Assembly: GCA_046734935.1 (NCBI GenBank)
Contig: JBKPSD010000080.1
Location: 2,605 to 66,604 of the forward strand
DNA: 64,000 bases
Direction: 5' to 3'
Source: Nitrospirota bacterium
Lineage (GTDB): Bacteria > Nitrospirota > Nitrospiria > Nitrospirales > Nitrospiraceae
Both the position numbers and the translations under genes were made by a program. Positions 48,173 to 56,608 of the stretch are shown here, piece by piece; the first letter of the stretch is position 1, and every line of letters starts with the position of its first letter. Under the pieces are notes generated by a model. That model had not been told where the DNA came from, searched no databases, and saw only the letters and a program-made list of their open reading frames with translations.

Positions 48173-49432
48173 CTACAAGAGGCCGCCGACAGCCCGTTCC
48201 AACCTCGAAAGAGCCACGGACAGTTCAAACCTCGCCTGTGCGTGGTCGAACAGGATCTGCCGCTGCACGCGCTGCGCGTCGAGGACGTCCAGCAGACTTG
48301 CGGCGCCCTGTTGGAAGCTGAACTTGGCGATCCGGAGCGCTTCCTCCGCCTGGCGCATAAGACCCTTTTCCAGCACTTCGATGAGCTTCGCGGTGGTCTG
48401 CGCGTCTTGATAATATTGATTGATTTGCCTCAGCAATTCGTTGCGCGTCCTGAGCAGTTCCGCTTCTCCCTTCCGTTTGGCCCCCAGGGATCCCGCAATT
48501 TCTCCCTGCCGCTGGTACCAGAGCGGCGCCGGGACGCTGAGCCCCACGTCGAAGCCTTCGCGTCCGTACTCTCGTGCGTAGCTGGTATTGAGGTTCACGT
48601 TCGGCACCCGGTTCTGCCGTTCGAAATCGATGGTGCGGTCCGCCTGATCGATCGTGCGGGCCAGACGTTGAATCGTCGGGTGCTCTTGCATTGAGCGCGC
48701 GGTCAACCGGTTAAGATCGAGAGCGGGGGGATAGACGAGGAAATCGCCGCTCACGGCATAGCTCGGCCCCAGCGCGCCGCCCGTCAACGTATCGAGAATG
48801 ACGCGGGTGACACGGACGGTATTTTCACTGCGCGTGACCGCCTGGTTGGCTTTCAACACTTCGACTTCCGCTTTGATGAGATCGAATTGGGGCGCTTCGC
48901 CGAGCCTGACCCGAGCGCCGACGACGCGCCGCACGTCTTCGACGATGCTCAGATTGTTCTTCGACAGTTCAAAATCCCTCTGCGCGAGCAGGAGGTCGTA
49001 GAAGGCCACTTTGACGTCCGACGTCAGGTTCAAACGTGTTTCGATCAATCCGACGGAAGCTCCGGCAAGGCCGGCCTCAGCCGCGCGCTGACGGGCGGCC
49101 CGCTTCGCGGGCCATTCGATCGGCTGACTGAAGCCCGCCATGTATTCCGTGGCCGATCGCGGAATTTCATTGGTGAGCGAACCGGCGTCCTTGAGATAGC
49201 CCTTGCCGCCGTCGCCATGGATCGTCGGATTCGGATAGGCGCCGGCGGCGGTGCGTTGTCCGGTGCTTTCATCGATCGCCGCCATTGCGCCCGCAATAAG
49301 CGGGTTGCGCTCGATTGCCAGTCCGATGATGTCGTGAAGAGCGTAAGTGGGCCGGACGTCGTCAGCATGCACACCGGCCGTGCACAGCATCGCGGCGAGA
49401 GTGAATACGATGGACGAACAGAGTTGTCTCAT
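48173..49432 (-). CDS. czcC: TolC/CzcC-family outer-membrane factor
   Basis: Signal peptide, AYPNP, SQPIEWPAKR, QQGAASLLDVLDAQR, LERAVG. Confidence 0.88.
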   Translation of the reverse strand: MRQLCSSIVFTLAAMLCTAGVHADDVRPTYALHDIIGLAIERNPLIAGAMAAIDESTGQRTAAGAYPNPTIHGDGGKGYLKDAGSLTNEIPRSATEYMAGFSQPIEWPAKRAARQRAAEAGLAGASVGLIETRLNLTSDVKVAFYDLLLAQRDFELSKNNLSIVEDVRRVVGARVRLGEAPQFDLIKAEVEVLKANQAVTRSENTVRVTRVILDTLTGGALGPSYAVSGDFLVYPPALDLNRLTARSMQEHPTIQRLARTIDQADRTIDFERQNRVPNVNLNTSYAREYGREGFDVGLSVPAPLWYQRQGEIAGSLGAKRKGEAELLRTRNELLRQINQYYQDAQTTAKLIEVLEKGLMRQAEEALRIAKFSFQQGAASLLDVLDAQRVQRQILFDHAQARFELSVALSRLERAVGGLL

Positions 49433-49502
49433 AGCAAGCCTCGCTCATGTTCCCTAAGGAACGGTGGTGCCTGGAAACGTTAGATGGAACCGTTGTGGAG
49501 TG

Positions 49503-49820
49503 TCAGGAAAGAACGGGGGGGCGAAACCAATCGGATACAAAGTCTGTTCTGGGACAGGAGGCGCTGTGCAAAATACAGGTACGCGTGAGATGGATGATGC
49601 GAAAGGCTTCTCCCTGGGCGAGCGCCAGTTCCTCGATCTCGCTTTCGCCCTGATCGGATTCCGTTTGACCGTCGGGTGCGCCGGGGAGCTGATCGTGCGC
49701 TTGAAGCGGGCCGGGGGACCATTGGCGAAGGCAATCATTCGGATAGGCCGTGCCCAAGAACTGCACCGCGCAGACCGCGAGCAAAAGGAGAAACAACCTG
49801 TGCCCGGAGAAACGAACCAT
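49503..49820 (-). CDS. Small secreted leader ORF with C-terminal FRPP motif (CzcI/DUF2946-like architecture)
   Basis: 105 aa: signal-like LFLLLLAVCAVQFLG, acidic linker, ...SDWFRPPVLS. Ends 70 nt upstream of the czcC start. Confidence 0.6.
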   Translation of the reverse strand: MVRFSGHRLFLLLLAVCAVQFLGTAYPNDCLRQWSPGPLQAHDQLPGAPDGQTESDQGESEIEELALAQGEAFRIIHLTRTCILHSASCPRTDFVSDWFRPPVLS

Positions 49821-49830
49821 GAATTGTCCC

Positions 49831-49846
49831 CGCAAAAGTCGGACCA
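49831..49846 (-). promoter_or_regulatory. sigma54 -24/-12 promoter for the leader-czcCBA transcript
   Basis: TGGTCCGACTTTTGCG. Confidence 0.55.
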
Positions 49847-50164
49847 CCGTACCATGAGCCGCACCCTCTCTGCAATTCCATGCAACGCAAGCCAGCGAGC
49901 ACAGCCTGATCAAATTCACAAATCAATTTCACCGATCAATTGCACCATCCCATGTTGTTCGCGCAGGTCCATACTGGGGGTATCCCGAGTCGCGTCACTT
50001 CGGCGGCCGCCATTATAGTGACTCCGCATGTGCGCTTCACACCGGCCGGTTTATGACTAGGACGCGTTGTCAGCGCTGAAGACAGTTTGGTCTCATGTGC
50101 CGATGTTTCGTCTTCCACACCCGTCATTTTTCACGATTTTACGCCAGGTGCAGCGGTCAGCCAA

Positions 50165-50180
50165 CGGTCCGCCTTTTGCG
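50165..50180 (+). promoter_or_regulatory. sigma54 -24/-12 promoter
   Basis: CGGTCCGCCTTTTGCG. Confidence 0.55.
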
Positions 50181-50236
50181 AGATTTATCCGGAAGGACAT
50201 TAGGCGGCCGCAACACCAGCTTGAAAGGAGTGCAAC

Positions 50237-50953
50237 ATGACGTGGACGGCGATCATCGGACGAGGAGCGTTGGCAGCGATGTTGGTCGGCACCGGGGCGG
50301 GATACGTTTCAGCCGATCAGCAAGAGTCGAATCAAGGCGTTGGCAAAGGGGAAATCTCCCAACAGAAGAGCCAGCAGGGTGTCGGTCTGGAGGGAGGAGG
50401 AGGTTCCAATGTAATTCTCGGAGGACCGGAGATCATCATCGGCCAGATCGAGCAAATTCAGGGCGATGAGTACGCCGTCAAAGGCGAGAAGGGCCAGTCG
50501 GTGAAGCTGCGCGTGACCAAGGACACCAATATGGTGTGCGCAGGGGGCGAAGGGGCCAAAATGTCGACGGGCCGTCAGGACATGAAAGAAGCCAAGGAGA
50601 TTCCGATCTCACCGGCCACGGAAGGACAGATGAAGAGCCATGATCCCTCCAAGGCGCAGGAACAGATGCAGGCTTTGAACGATCCGAATCGCCAGCAGGC
50701 CGAACATCAAATGCCGCCGCCATCCAAGGATCCCTCTCAATTGAAAGACGTTGTGGGATCGACAGACCAGTCGGCAAACAAGGACGTCGCGCGCGGCTCC
50801 GGGTTTGCCATCGGCGGCTCAGGCGGATGCCAATTCAAGGCCGGCGACCGAGTGCGGGTTGAAGCATCAGATATGGGTACCATCACCACGATCAAGGCCA
50901 TGGATCAGCAGACGTCCGGCTCGACGATTGCCGGGAAGGGCCAGGAGCAGTAG
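50237..50953 (+). CDS. Exported Gln/Gly-rich hypothetical protein with small beta-barrel core
   Basis: AAAGGAG RBS, signal peptide, IIGQIEQIQGDEYAVK..G.SVKLRVTKDT...FKAGDRVRVEA. Confidence 0.7.
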   Translation: MTWTAIIGRGALAAMLVGTGAGYVSADQQESNQGVGKGEISQQKSQQGVGLEGGGGSNVILGGPEIIIGQIEQIQGDEYAVKGEKGQSVKLRVTKDTNMVCAGGEGAKMSTGRQDMKEAKEIPISPATEGQMKSHDPSKAQEQMQALNDPNRQQAEHQMPPPSKDPSQLKDVVGSTDQSANKDVARGSGFAIGGSGGCQFKAGDRVRVEASDMGTITTIKAMDQQTSGSTIAGKGQEQ

Positions 50954-51005
50954 CAGGAAATCCGAAGGGAGCGGGAGAACCATAGTCAAGGATTTGGGGG
51001 CAAGG

Positions 51006-51332
51006 ATGACAGAACCAGAGAGCATGACGCAGGTGCGGGAAGAGGGGACAAGGGGCAAAGGCGGAAAAGGCAAGACGACGATCAAGCGGCCTAAGACGGA
51101 GACGCCTCCGCGTCAGGAGGCGCCCGTCGAAAGCCGCCAGTCGCAGGATGCTCCAAAGGCGCCCGAAGCATTCTCGGGCGGCGCATCGCGCGATTTGCAA
51201 ACGATCGCCAAAATCCAGGAGCGGGCTTATCGGCTGTTCGAGGAGAGAGGCCGCGAGCATGGCCATGAGCTTGAGCACTGGCTGGAAGCTGAACGGGACA
51301 TCACCGGCTCGTCGGATCGTTGCGACCGGTAG
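51006..51332 (+). CDS. DUF2934-domain protein
   Basis: IQERAYRLFEERGREHGHELEHWLEAERDI. Confidence 0.8.
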   Translation: MTEPESMTQVREEGTRGKGGKGKTTIKRPKTETPPRQEAPVESRQSQDAPKAPEAFSGGASRDLQTIAKIQERAYRLFEERGREHGHELEHWLEAERDITGSSDRCDR

Positions 51333-51351
51333 CCGGATCACATATGAGCGT

Positions 51352-53145
51352 TTAGCTGGAGACCAACTCCGCTGAGAGTTCCTCCGGCGTCCAATCGGGA
51401 GCCTGGACGACGATCCGGCCGTGTCCCAGGACGAGCTGTAGGTCGCAGTGCCGAAGCGTATGGAGCCGGTGCGCGATCATGATCGTCGTCCGGCCCGACG
51501 TCAGCTGTTCCATCACTTCCACGAGGTCCTCCTCAGTCCCGGCATCAAGCGCGCTGGTGGGCTCGTCCAAAATTACGATCGGGGCGTCGCGCAGAAACGC
51601 GCGGGCGAGCGCGATGCGCTGACGTTGACCGCCTGAAAGGCGAGAGCCGCGCTCTCCGACCTGCGTGTCGTACCCCTGCGGCAGGGTCTCGATGAATTCC
51701 GCAGCATGAGCGGCCATTGCCGCTGCTTCGATCTGCGCATGCGTCGCCTGTAAGTTCCCGTAGCGGATGTTATCAACGATCGTCGTCGAAAAGAGCTGCG
51801 GGTCTTGCGGCACGATGGCGAACTGTCTGCGCAGGTCCGTGATTCGGTAATCGCGCAAATCCTTTCCGTCAAGCAGGACGACGCCTGCGCTGGGGTCGTG
51901 GAATCGGGTCAAGAGGTTCACGATCGTCGATTTCCCGGCGCCGCTCGGTCCCACCACGCCGACACGCGTCCCGGCCGGAATATGGAACGAAACGTCGCGC
52001 AGGACGGCCTGTGATGCGGGGTAGGCGAAGCTGACTCCTCGAAAGGCGACATGCCCTTTGGCCTTGTTGAGGGACAGGGAATCGGGGCGGTCCGTCACGA
52101 GCGGCGGCGTATCGAGAATGGCCAGGGCTCTCCGGAATCCGACGATGTGCGACTGTAATTCCGTCATTTTTTTCGCCACCGTATCAAGAGGGCCTGCCAG
52201 TTGAGCCATGTAGGCCATCAACAGCAGCAGGTCCCCGAGCGACAGGACACCCGCCTTGACGTGGCTGACGCCGATATACAGGGCGACGGCGGTGCCGATT
52301 GTAACCGTCATGCCGAACATGAAATCGAATCCGCTGCCGATTGACGCGAGTTCATTGTGTTGGCGGACCCACTTCATGGCGTGATCGAGAAAACGCCGTT
52401 GTTCATGTTCTTCGCGGCCGAAGGCTTTCACGAGGCGGGAAGCACCAAGGACTTCCTGCGCGCAGGCCACGGTCGCCGTTTCCGTGGTCTTGACGGCGGA
52501 CCATTGCGTCCGTAGGCGGCGTCCGCACCGGTGCGTGAGCCAGAACAGCAACGGCAGCATCGTCAACCCGACCATCGCAAACGTCCGGTCGATGGTCAGC
52601 ATGAGCACCGCCAGTCCACTCAGCAGACAGCAAGCCTTTATAAACGGAAGGAACGCATCGATGGGGATCTGTTTGACCGAGGCGGCGTCGTGCTGGATGC
52701 GATAGACCGAATCCGTCGCCCCGTGCGCCTCGTGATAAGACGAGCAGATCCGTTGGAGATGCTCGAAGAGACGATGACGGAATGAATAAATCAGACGCTC
52801 TCCCGTATAGGAGGACAGAACCCAGAGCGCCAGGCTCTGAAGGTGGATGCACAGCGCGATGCCGACGTATGCCGTGCAGACGAAGAGCAGCAGTCCGCCG
52901 GTTGAATCCTCCAGCGCATCAGGAATCCAGCTCTGCAGGAAAGACGGAAGGGGTCGCGTGCCGATCACGCTGTCGACGGCAAGAGTCAAGGGAAGAGGGG
53001 TCAATAAGTTTAATGGAATCGACATCAGCACGACGAACGTCAGACAAGCCAACTGGCCTCGAAACGGAGCCATGAACGGCCATGCCCGCCGAAGCAGGTT
53101 GAGTGAAGAACGGTTGGAGTCTTGAGGATTAACGCCGTTGGACAT
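51352..53145 (-). CDS. ABC exporter, fused permease-ATPase (MsbA-like)
   Basis: N-terminal TMD; GPSGAGKST, LSGGQRQR, ILDEPTSALD, IAHRL. Confidence 0.92.
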   Translation of the reverse strand: MSNGVNPQDSNRSSLNLLRRAWPFMAPFRGQLACLTFVVLMSIPLNLLTPLPLTLAVDSVIGTRPLPSFLQSWIPDALEDSTGGLLLFVCTAYVGIALCIHLQSLALWVLSSYTGERLIYSFRHRLFEHLQRICSSYHEAHGATDSVYRIQHDAASVKQIPIDAFLPFIKACCLLSGLAVLMLTIDRTFAMVGLTMLPLLFWLTHRCGRRLRTQWSAVKTTETATVACAQEVLGASRLVKAFGREEHEQRRFLDHAMKWVRQHNELASIGSGFDFMFGMTVTIGTAVALYIGVSHVKAGVLSLGDLLLLMAYMAQLAGPLDTVAKKMTELQSHIVGFRRALAILDTPPLVTDRPDSLSLNKAKGHVAFRGVSFAYPASQAVLRDVSFHIPAGTRVGVVGPSGAGKSTIVNLLTRFHDPSAGVVLLDGKDLRDYRITDLRRQFAIVPQDPQLFSTTIVDNIRYGNLQATHAQIEAAAMAAHAAEFIETLPQGYDTQVGERGSRLSGGQRQRIALARAFLRDAPIVILDEPTSALDAGTEEDLVEVMEQLTSGRTTIMIAHRLHTLRHCDLQLVLGHGRIVVQAPDWTPEELSAELVSS

Positions 53146-53218
53146 CGATCGCCGTCGAATGACCGGTGCATACTAATGAGCGGTTCGACGGCGTGCAATC
53201 AGAAGCAAGAAAGTCGGA

Positions 53219-53246
53219 GGTAAAAATGATGTAAATGTTTGGAAAC
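53219..53246. promoter_or_regulatory. 11-bp-phased GTAAA repeats upstream of the ABC exporter
   Basis: GGTAAA 53219, TGTAAA 53230, degenerate GGAAAC 53241. Confidence 0.4.
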
Positions 53247-53262
53247 GATTCTCCGCTCGGTC

Positions 53263-53296
53263 GGACATTCTGTCCAGGGCGCCGGACATGCTGTCG
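53263..53296. promoter_or_regulatory. Two GGACA-N3-TGTC palindromes
   Basis: GGACATTCTGTCC (53263-53275) and GGACATGCTGTCG (53284-53296), starts 21 bp apart. Confidence 0.6.
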
Positions 53297-53370
53297 TAAA
53301 CCAGCTCTGTTGCAGCCATAGAAAGCGCCGAAAAGCCGTTAAATCGGGCGTTGGCAACCGCCACTCGAAG

Positions 53371-53386
53371 CGGTCCGCAGATTGCA
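53371..53386 (+). promoter_or_regulatory. sigma54 -24/-12 promoter
   Basis: CGGTCCGCAGATTGCA. Confidence 0.55.
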
Positions 53387-53474
53387 CGCACATACCACGG
53401 GAGAGGAATGTTCGGAGCCACCCAATCGACCACCGCGTTCGACGCAACGCCAACAGCTCATAAGGAGGCACATT

Positions 53475-53807
53475 ATGCGGAACGGTGATTACGAGTACTA
53501 CGAAGATGACGCCATGGGATGGTCCGCTTTTGTCGCGGGCGCGTTCATCGGTGCCGGGTTAGCCTTGTTGTTTGCCCCGCAGACGGGCACAGAGTTACGC
53601 GGCATGCTGAGGAACTACGCTGCCCGGGCCAAAGACGAAGCCTGGGAGCGCGGACGGACCGCATGGGACAGCGCCGTTGAACGCGGCAAGGAATACTACG
53701 AACGAGGGCAGGAGGCGGTCCAGGAAGCGGGCCGTTCCGCACGCGAGTTTGCGCAGAGCGGAAAAGAGGCGATGCGCGAGACCAGAGAGGGCACGCATCG
53801 GGGCTGA
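53475..53807 (+). CDS. YtxH-domain protein
   Basis: FVAGAFIGAGLALLFAPQTGTELR followed by an amphipathic helix. TAAGGAGG RBS. Confidence 0.88.
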   Translation: MRNGDYEYYEDDAMGWSAFVAGAFIGAGLALLFAPQTGTELRGMLRNYAARAKDEAWERGRTAWDSAVERGKEYYERGQEAVQEAGRSAREFAQSGKEAMRETREGTHRG

Positions 53808-53830
53808 GGCCCGACGACAGGCCGGCGCCG

Positions 53831-54835
53831 ATGAGCCCGCATTGGAAAGATGACTCAGCGGCTGGCGCCGGCCCCTCGCCAAAACTTTGGGATGCGGTCA
53901 TCGTCGGAGGCGGGATAGCGGGACTGTCCGCTGCCGTCTACCTCGGACGAAGCCGGAGGAAGGCGCTGCTCGTCGATGGCGGCGAGAGCATGGCCCGGTG
54001 GGAACCGCTGGTCGAAAACTACCTGGGGTTCCCCGAAGGCCTCAGCGGGAAAACGCTCCTGGAACGCGGCCGCGCCCAGGTAAAAAAATTCGGTGTCCGC
54101 ACGGCCAACGACAGGATCGTCCGCATCCTCAGGGAGGGCGACACGTTCCTGCTCGAGGGGGGCAGTGTTGTCTATCGGAGCAGCCGCGTCTTATTGGCTA
54201 CCGGGCTGACACACTTGCTACCCGATATTCCGGGTGCGGACAAATGTCTCGGCAACAGCGTGCTCTTCTGTAAGGATTGCGACGCCTTCCGTGTGCGCGG
54301 CAAACGCATTGCGATATACGGTCGGCGCAATGAGGCGGCTAGATATGCCCTGGCGATGCTGGCCTTCTCTCCGGCGGTAACGATCTTGACGGACGGACGA
54401 GAGCCGACCTGGGATTGCGTCTGGCAAGAGGCGCTGGATGAATATCGGGTGCATGTGTACCGCGACTCTGTGAAGAAATTGGAGCATGAGGGCGGACGCC
54501 TCGGAGCCGTGTTGTTTCAGGACGGCCGCCTGCCGGTGGATGCCTTGTTTGCAACGAGGGGGGACGTCTACCACACCGGTTTGGCGGAAGGACTGGGCGC
54601 TGACCAGGACGCGGAGGGGCAACTCATCGTGGACGGCGATATGCGGACGACGGTTCCCGGTCTCTATGCCGCAGGCTGTGTGACGCCTGCCAACTGTCAG
54701 ATGATCATCGCGGCTGGGCAAGGGGCCGCTGCCGCTCAAGCCATAGACCATGACCTGCTTGACGAAACGTTGCGACGGCACCAGCTGCCGCGTGAGGGCG
54801 CTAGCCGTGACGAGACCCAGGGAGCATTGAATTGA
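53831..54835 (+). CDS. Thioredoxin-reductase-fold FAD oxidoreductase
   Basis: IVGGGIAGLSAA, ENYLGFP.G, LLATG, CKDC redox motif, TTVPGLYAAG. Confidence 0.85.
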   Translation: MSPHWKDDSAAGAGPSPKLWDAVIVGGGIAGLSAAVYLGRSRRKALLVDGGESMARWEPLVENYLGFPEGLSGKTLLERGRAQVKKFGVRTANDRIVRILREGDTFLLEGGSVVYRSSRVLLATGLTHLLPDIPGADKCLGNSVLFCKDCDAFRVRGKRIAIYGRRNEAARYALAMLAFSPAVTILTDGREPTWDCVWQEALDEYRVHVYRDSVKKLEHEGGRLGAVLFQDGRLPVDALFATRGDVYHTGLAEGLGADQDAEGQLIVDGDMRTTVPGLYAAGCVTPANCQMIIAAGQGAAAAQAIDHDLLDETLRRHQLPREGASRDETQGALN

Positions 54836-54836
54836 C

Positions 54837-55610
54837 ATGGAAGCCGTGACCGTCAAGGAGTCGAACAGTCTGCGCGTCGCCGCGATAGGAGATTTGCATT
54901 GTCCGCGGACGTCGCCTGAAGAACTCCGCCAGTTGTTTCACGATCTCGGGAGTGAGGCGGACGTCTTGCTCCTGTGCGGAGATCTGACGGATTACGGAAA
55001 GCCGGACGAAGCGCGGGTGCTGATGGATCAGTTGGGCCACATCAAGCCCCTGCCGGTGCTCGCCGTCCTCGGCAATCATGAGTTCGAATGCGGGAAGCAG
55101 GACGAAATCACTCGGATTCTTTCTGACGGTGGCGTCTCAGTGCTTGACGGGACTGCCGTGGAGGTGTTGGGAATCGGCTTCGCCGGCATCAAAGGGTTTT
55201 GCGGCGGCTTCGGCGCGCGCGCGCTCCAACCGTGGGGGGAGGCGGTCCTCAAACAATTCGCGCGCGAATCGGTGGAGGAGACCGTCAAACTCGAATCGGC
55301 CCTGGCGAAGCTGCGCACGCCCGCAAAAGTCGTCCTCATGCACTATGCGCCGATCGTGGATACCGTGAGGGGAGAACCGGCGGAAATTTTCGCCTTCCTC
55401 GGTTCGAGCCGGTTGGAGGAGCCCATCAACCGTTATGAAGTAACGGCGCTCTTTCACGGTCACGCCCATCACGGCAGTCCCGAAGGAAGAACAATGGGAG
55501 GCACTCCCGTCTACAACGTCGCATTACCTCTCCTTTACAAGCAGTTTCCCGGTCGCCGGGCCCTGCGGGTCGTTGACATTCCAACGGTGGCTGCACCGGT
55601 CGCTTCCTAG
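54837..55610 (+). CDS. Calcineurin-like metallophosphoesterase
   Basis: GDLH, GDLTD, GNHE, MHYAP, HGHAH metal-binding motifs. Confidence 0.9.
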   Translation: MEAVTVKESNSLRVAAIGDLHCPRTSPEELRQLFHDLGSEADVLLLCGDLTDYGKPDEARVLMDQLGHIKPLPVLAVLGNHEFECGKQDEITRILSDGGVSVLDGTAVEVLGIGFAGIKGFCGGFGARALQPWGEAVLKQFARESVEETVKLESALAKLRTPAKVVLMHYAPIVDTVRGEPAEIFAFLGSSRLEEPINRYEVTALFHGHAHHGSPEGRTMGGTPVYNVALPLLYKQFPGRRALRVVDIPTVAAPVAS

Positions 55611-55629
55611 AGCGGGGAAAGGAATATTC

Positions 55630-56490
55630 ATGGCGCACAATGCTCAAGAAGTTCCTCAACAATGTAATGGAAGTCTGCAATCGGTCGGGCTTCCATCCGA
55701 TCCTGCACACGAAGTGTACCGCGAGGCCTTGTCCTGTTTGTTGAAGGCGAAAGTCCCATTCCTCGTAGGCGGGGCGTTCGCGCTGGAGGGTTACACCGGC
55801 GTCGTCAGGCCAACGAAGGACCTCGATCTTTTCGTCAACCCCGCTGACCGCCTCAGACTGATGCAGCGGCTCTCGGATTCTGGCTTCCGGACGGAATGGC
55901 GTTTTCCGCATTGGCTGGGGAAGGCATACAAGGATGACCGGAGCATCGACATTATCTACAGTTCCGGGAACGGCGTCTGCCCGGTCGACGAAGCCTGGTT
56001 CCGTTACGCCCTGCCCGCGGAAATTTTGGGCATTCCCGTGAAGGTCGTTCCCGCCGAAGAGATGCTCTGGTCCAAAGCCTTCGTCATGGAGCGCAATCGG
56101 TACGATGGCGGCGACATCGCCCATCTGCTGCGCGCGAGGGCGCAATCCCTGGATTGGGCCAGGCTCTTGTTCCGTTTCGGAAGCCACTGGCGGGTCTTAT
56201 TCAGTCACGTCGTCCTTTTCGGATTCATTTATCCGGAGCAGCGCCTGCGCATACCGGACTGGTTCATGCACGAGATGATGCGCCGCATGAAGCTCGAGAT
56301 GCAGTGCCTGCCCGCGGACCGCGAAGTCTGTCAGGGGACGCTGCTATCCTGGTCGCAATTTCTCGCGGATCTCGATCGAGGAGACTATCAAGACGCCCGT
56401 CATGCCCCCCGCGGAAAATTGACGTCGCAAGACACCCAGCACATGACCGCTGTGCTGCAACAGGAAGAGCAGAATGGAATCGAACGCTGA
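55630..56490 (+). CDS. Pol-beta-superfamily nucleotidyltransferase
   Basis: FLVGGAFAL...RPTKDLDLF (GG + DxD), third Asp in IDII, WSKAF.M...RYD. Confidence 0.85.
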   Translation: MAHNAQEVPQQCNGSLQSVGLPSDPAHEVYREALSCLLKAKVPFLVGGAFALEGYTGVVRPTKDLDLFVNPADRLRLMQRLSDSGFRTEWRFPHWLGKAYKDDRSIDIIYSSGNGVCPVDEAWFRYALPAEILGIPVKVVPAEEMLWSKAFVMERNRYDGGDIAHLLRARAQSLDWARLLFRFGSHWRVLFSHVVLFGFIYPEQRLRIPDWFMHEMMRRMKLEMQCLPADREVCQGTLLSWSQFLADLDRGDYQDARHAPRGKLTSQDTQHMTAVLQQEEQNGIER

Positions 56491-56608
56491 AGACCCGGTG
56501 TGGCTTCGAAGGAGGCCGCCAACATGCCCGGCACCGCCAGCATCACCTTAATCGGCCGAGTGGGGAAGGTGCTGCATCAGTGATGCCCCATCAGAAAGCG
56601 ATCATCCC

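Noticed and set aside
47002-48321. 439-aa ORF antisense to czcB
   Set aside because: Antisense shadow; the same applies to 9618-10694, 16214-17398, 42663-43526 and 63025-63798.
55630-56490. Nucleotidyltransferase as a CBASS cyclase or AbiEii/MNT toxin-antitoxin component
   Set aside because: No Cap effector, HEPN or AbiEi partner; the context is a general-stress operon.
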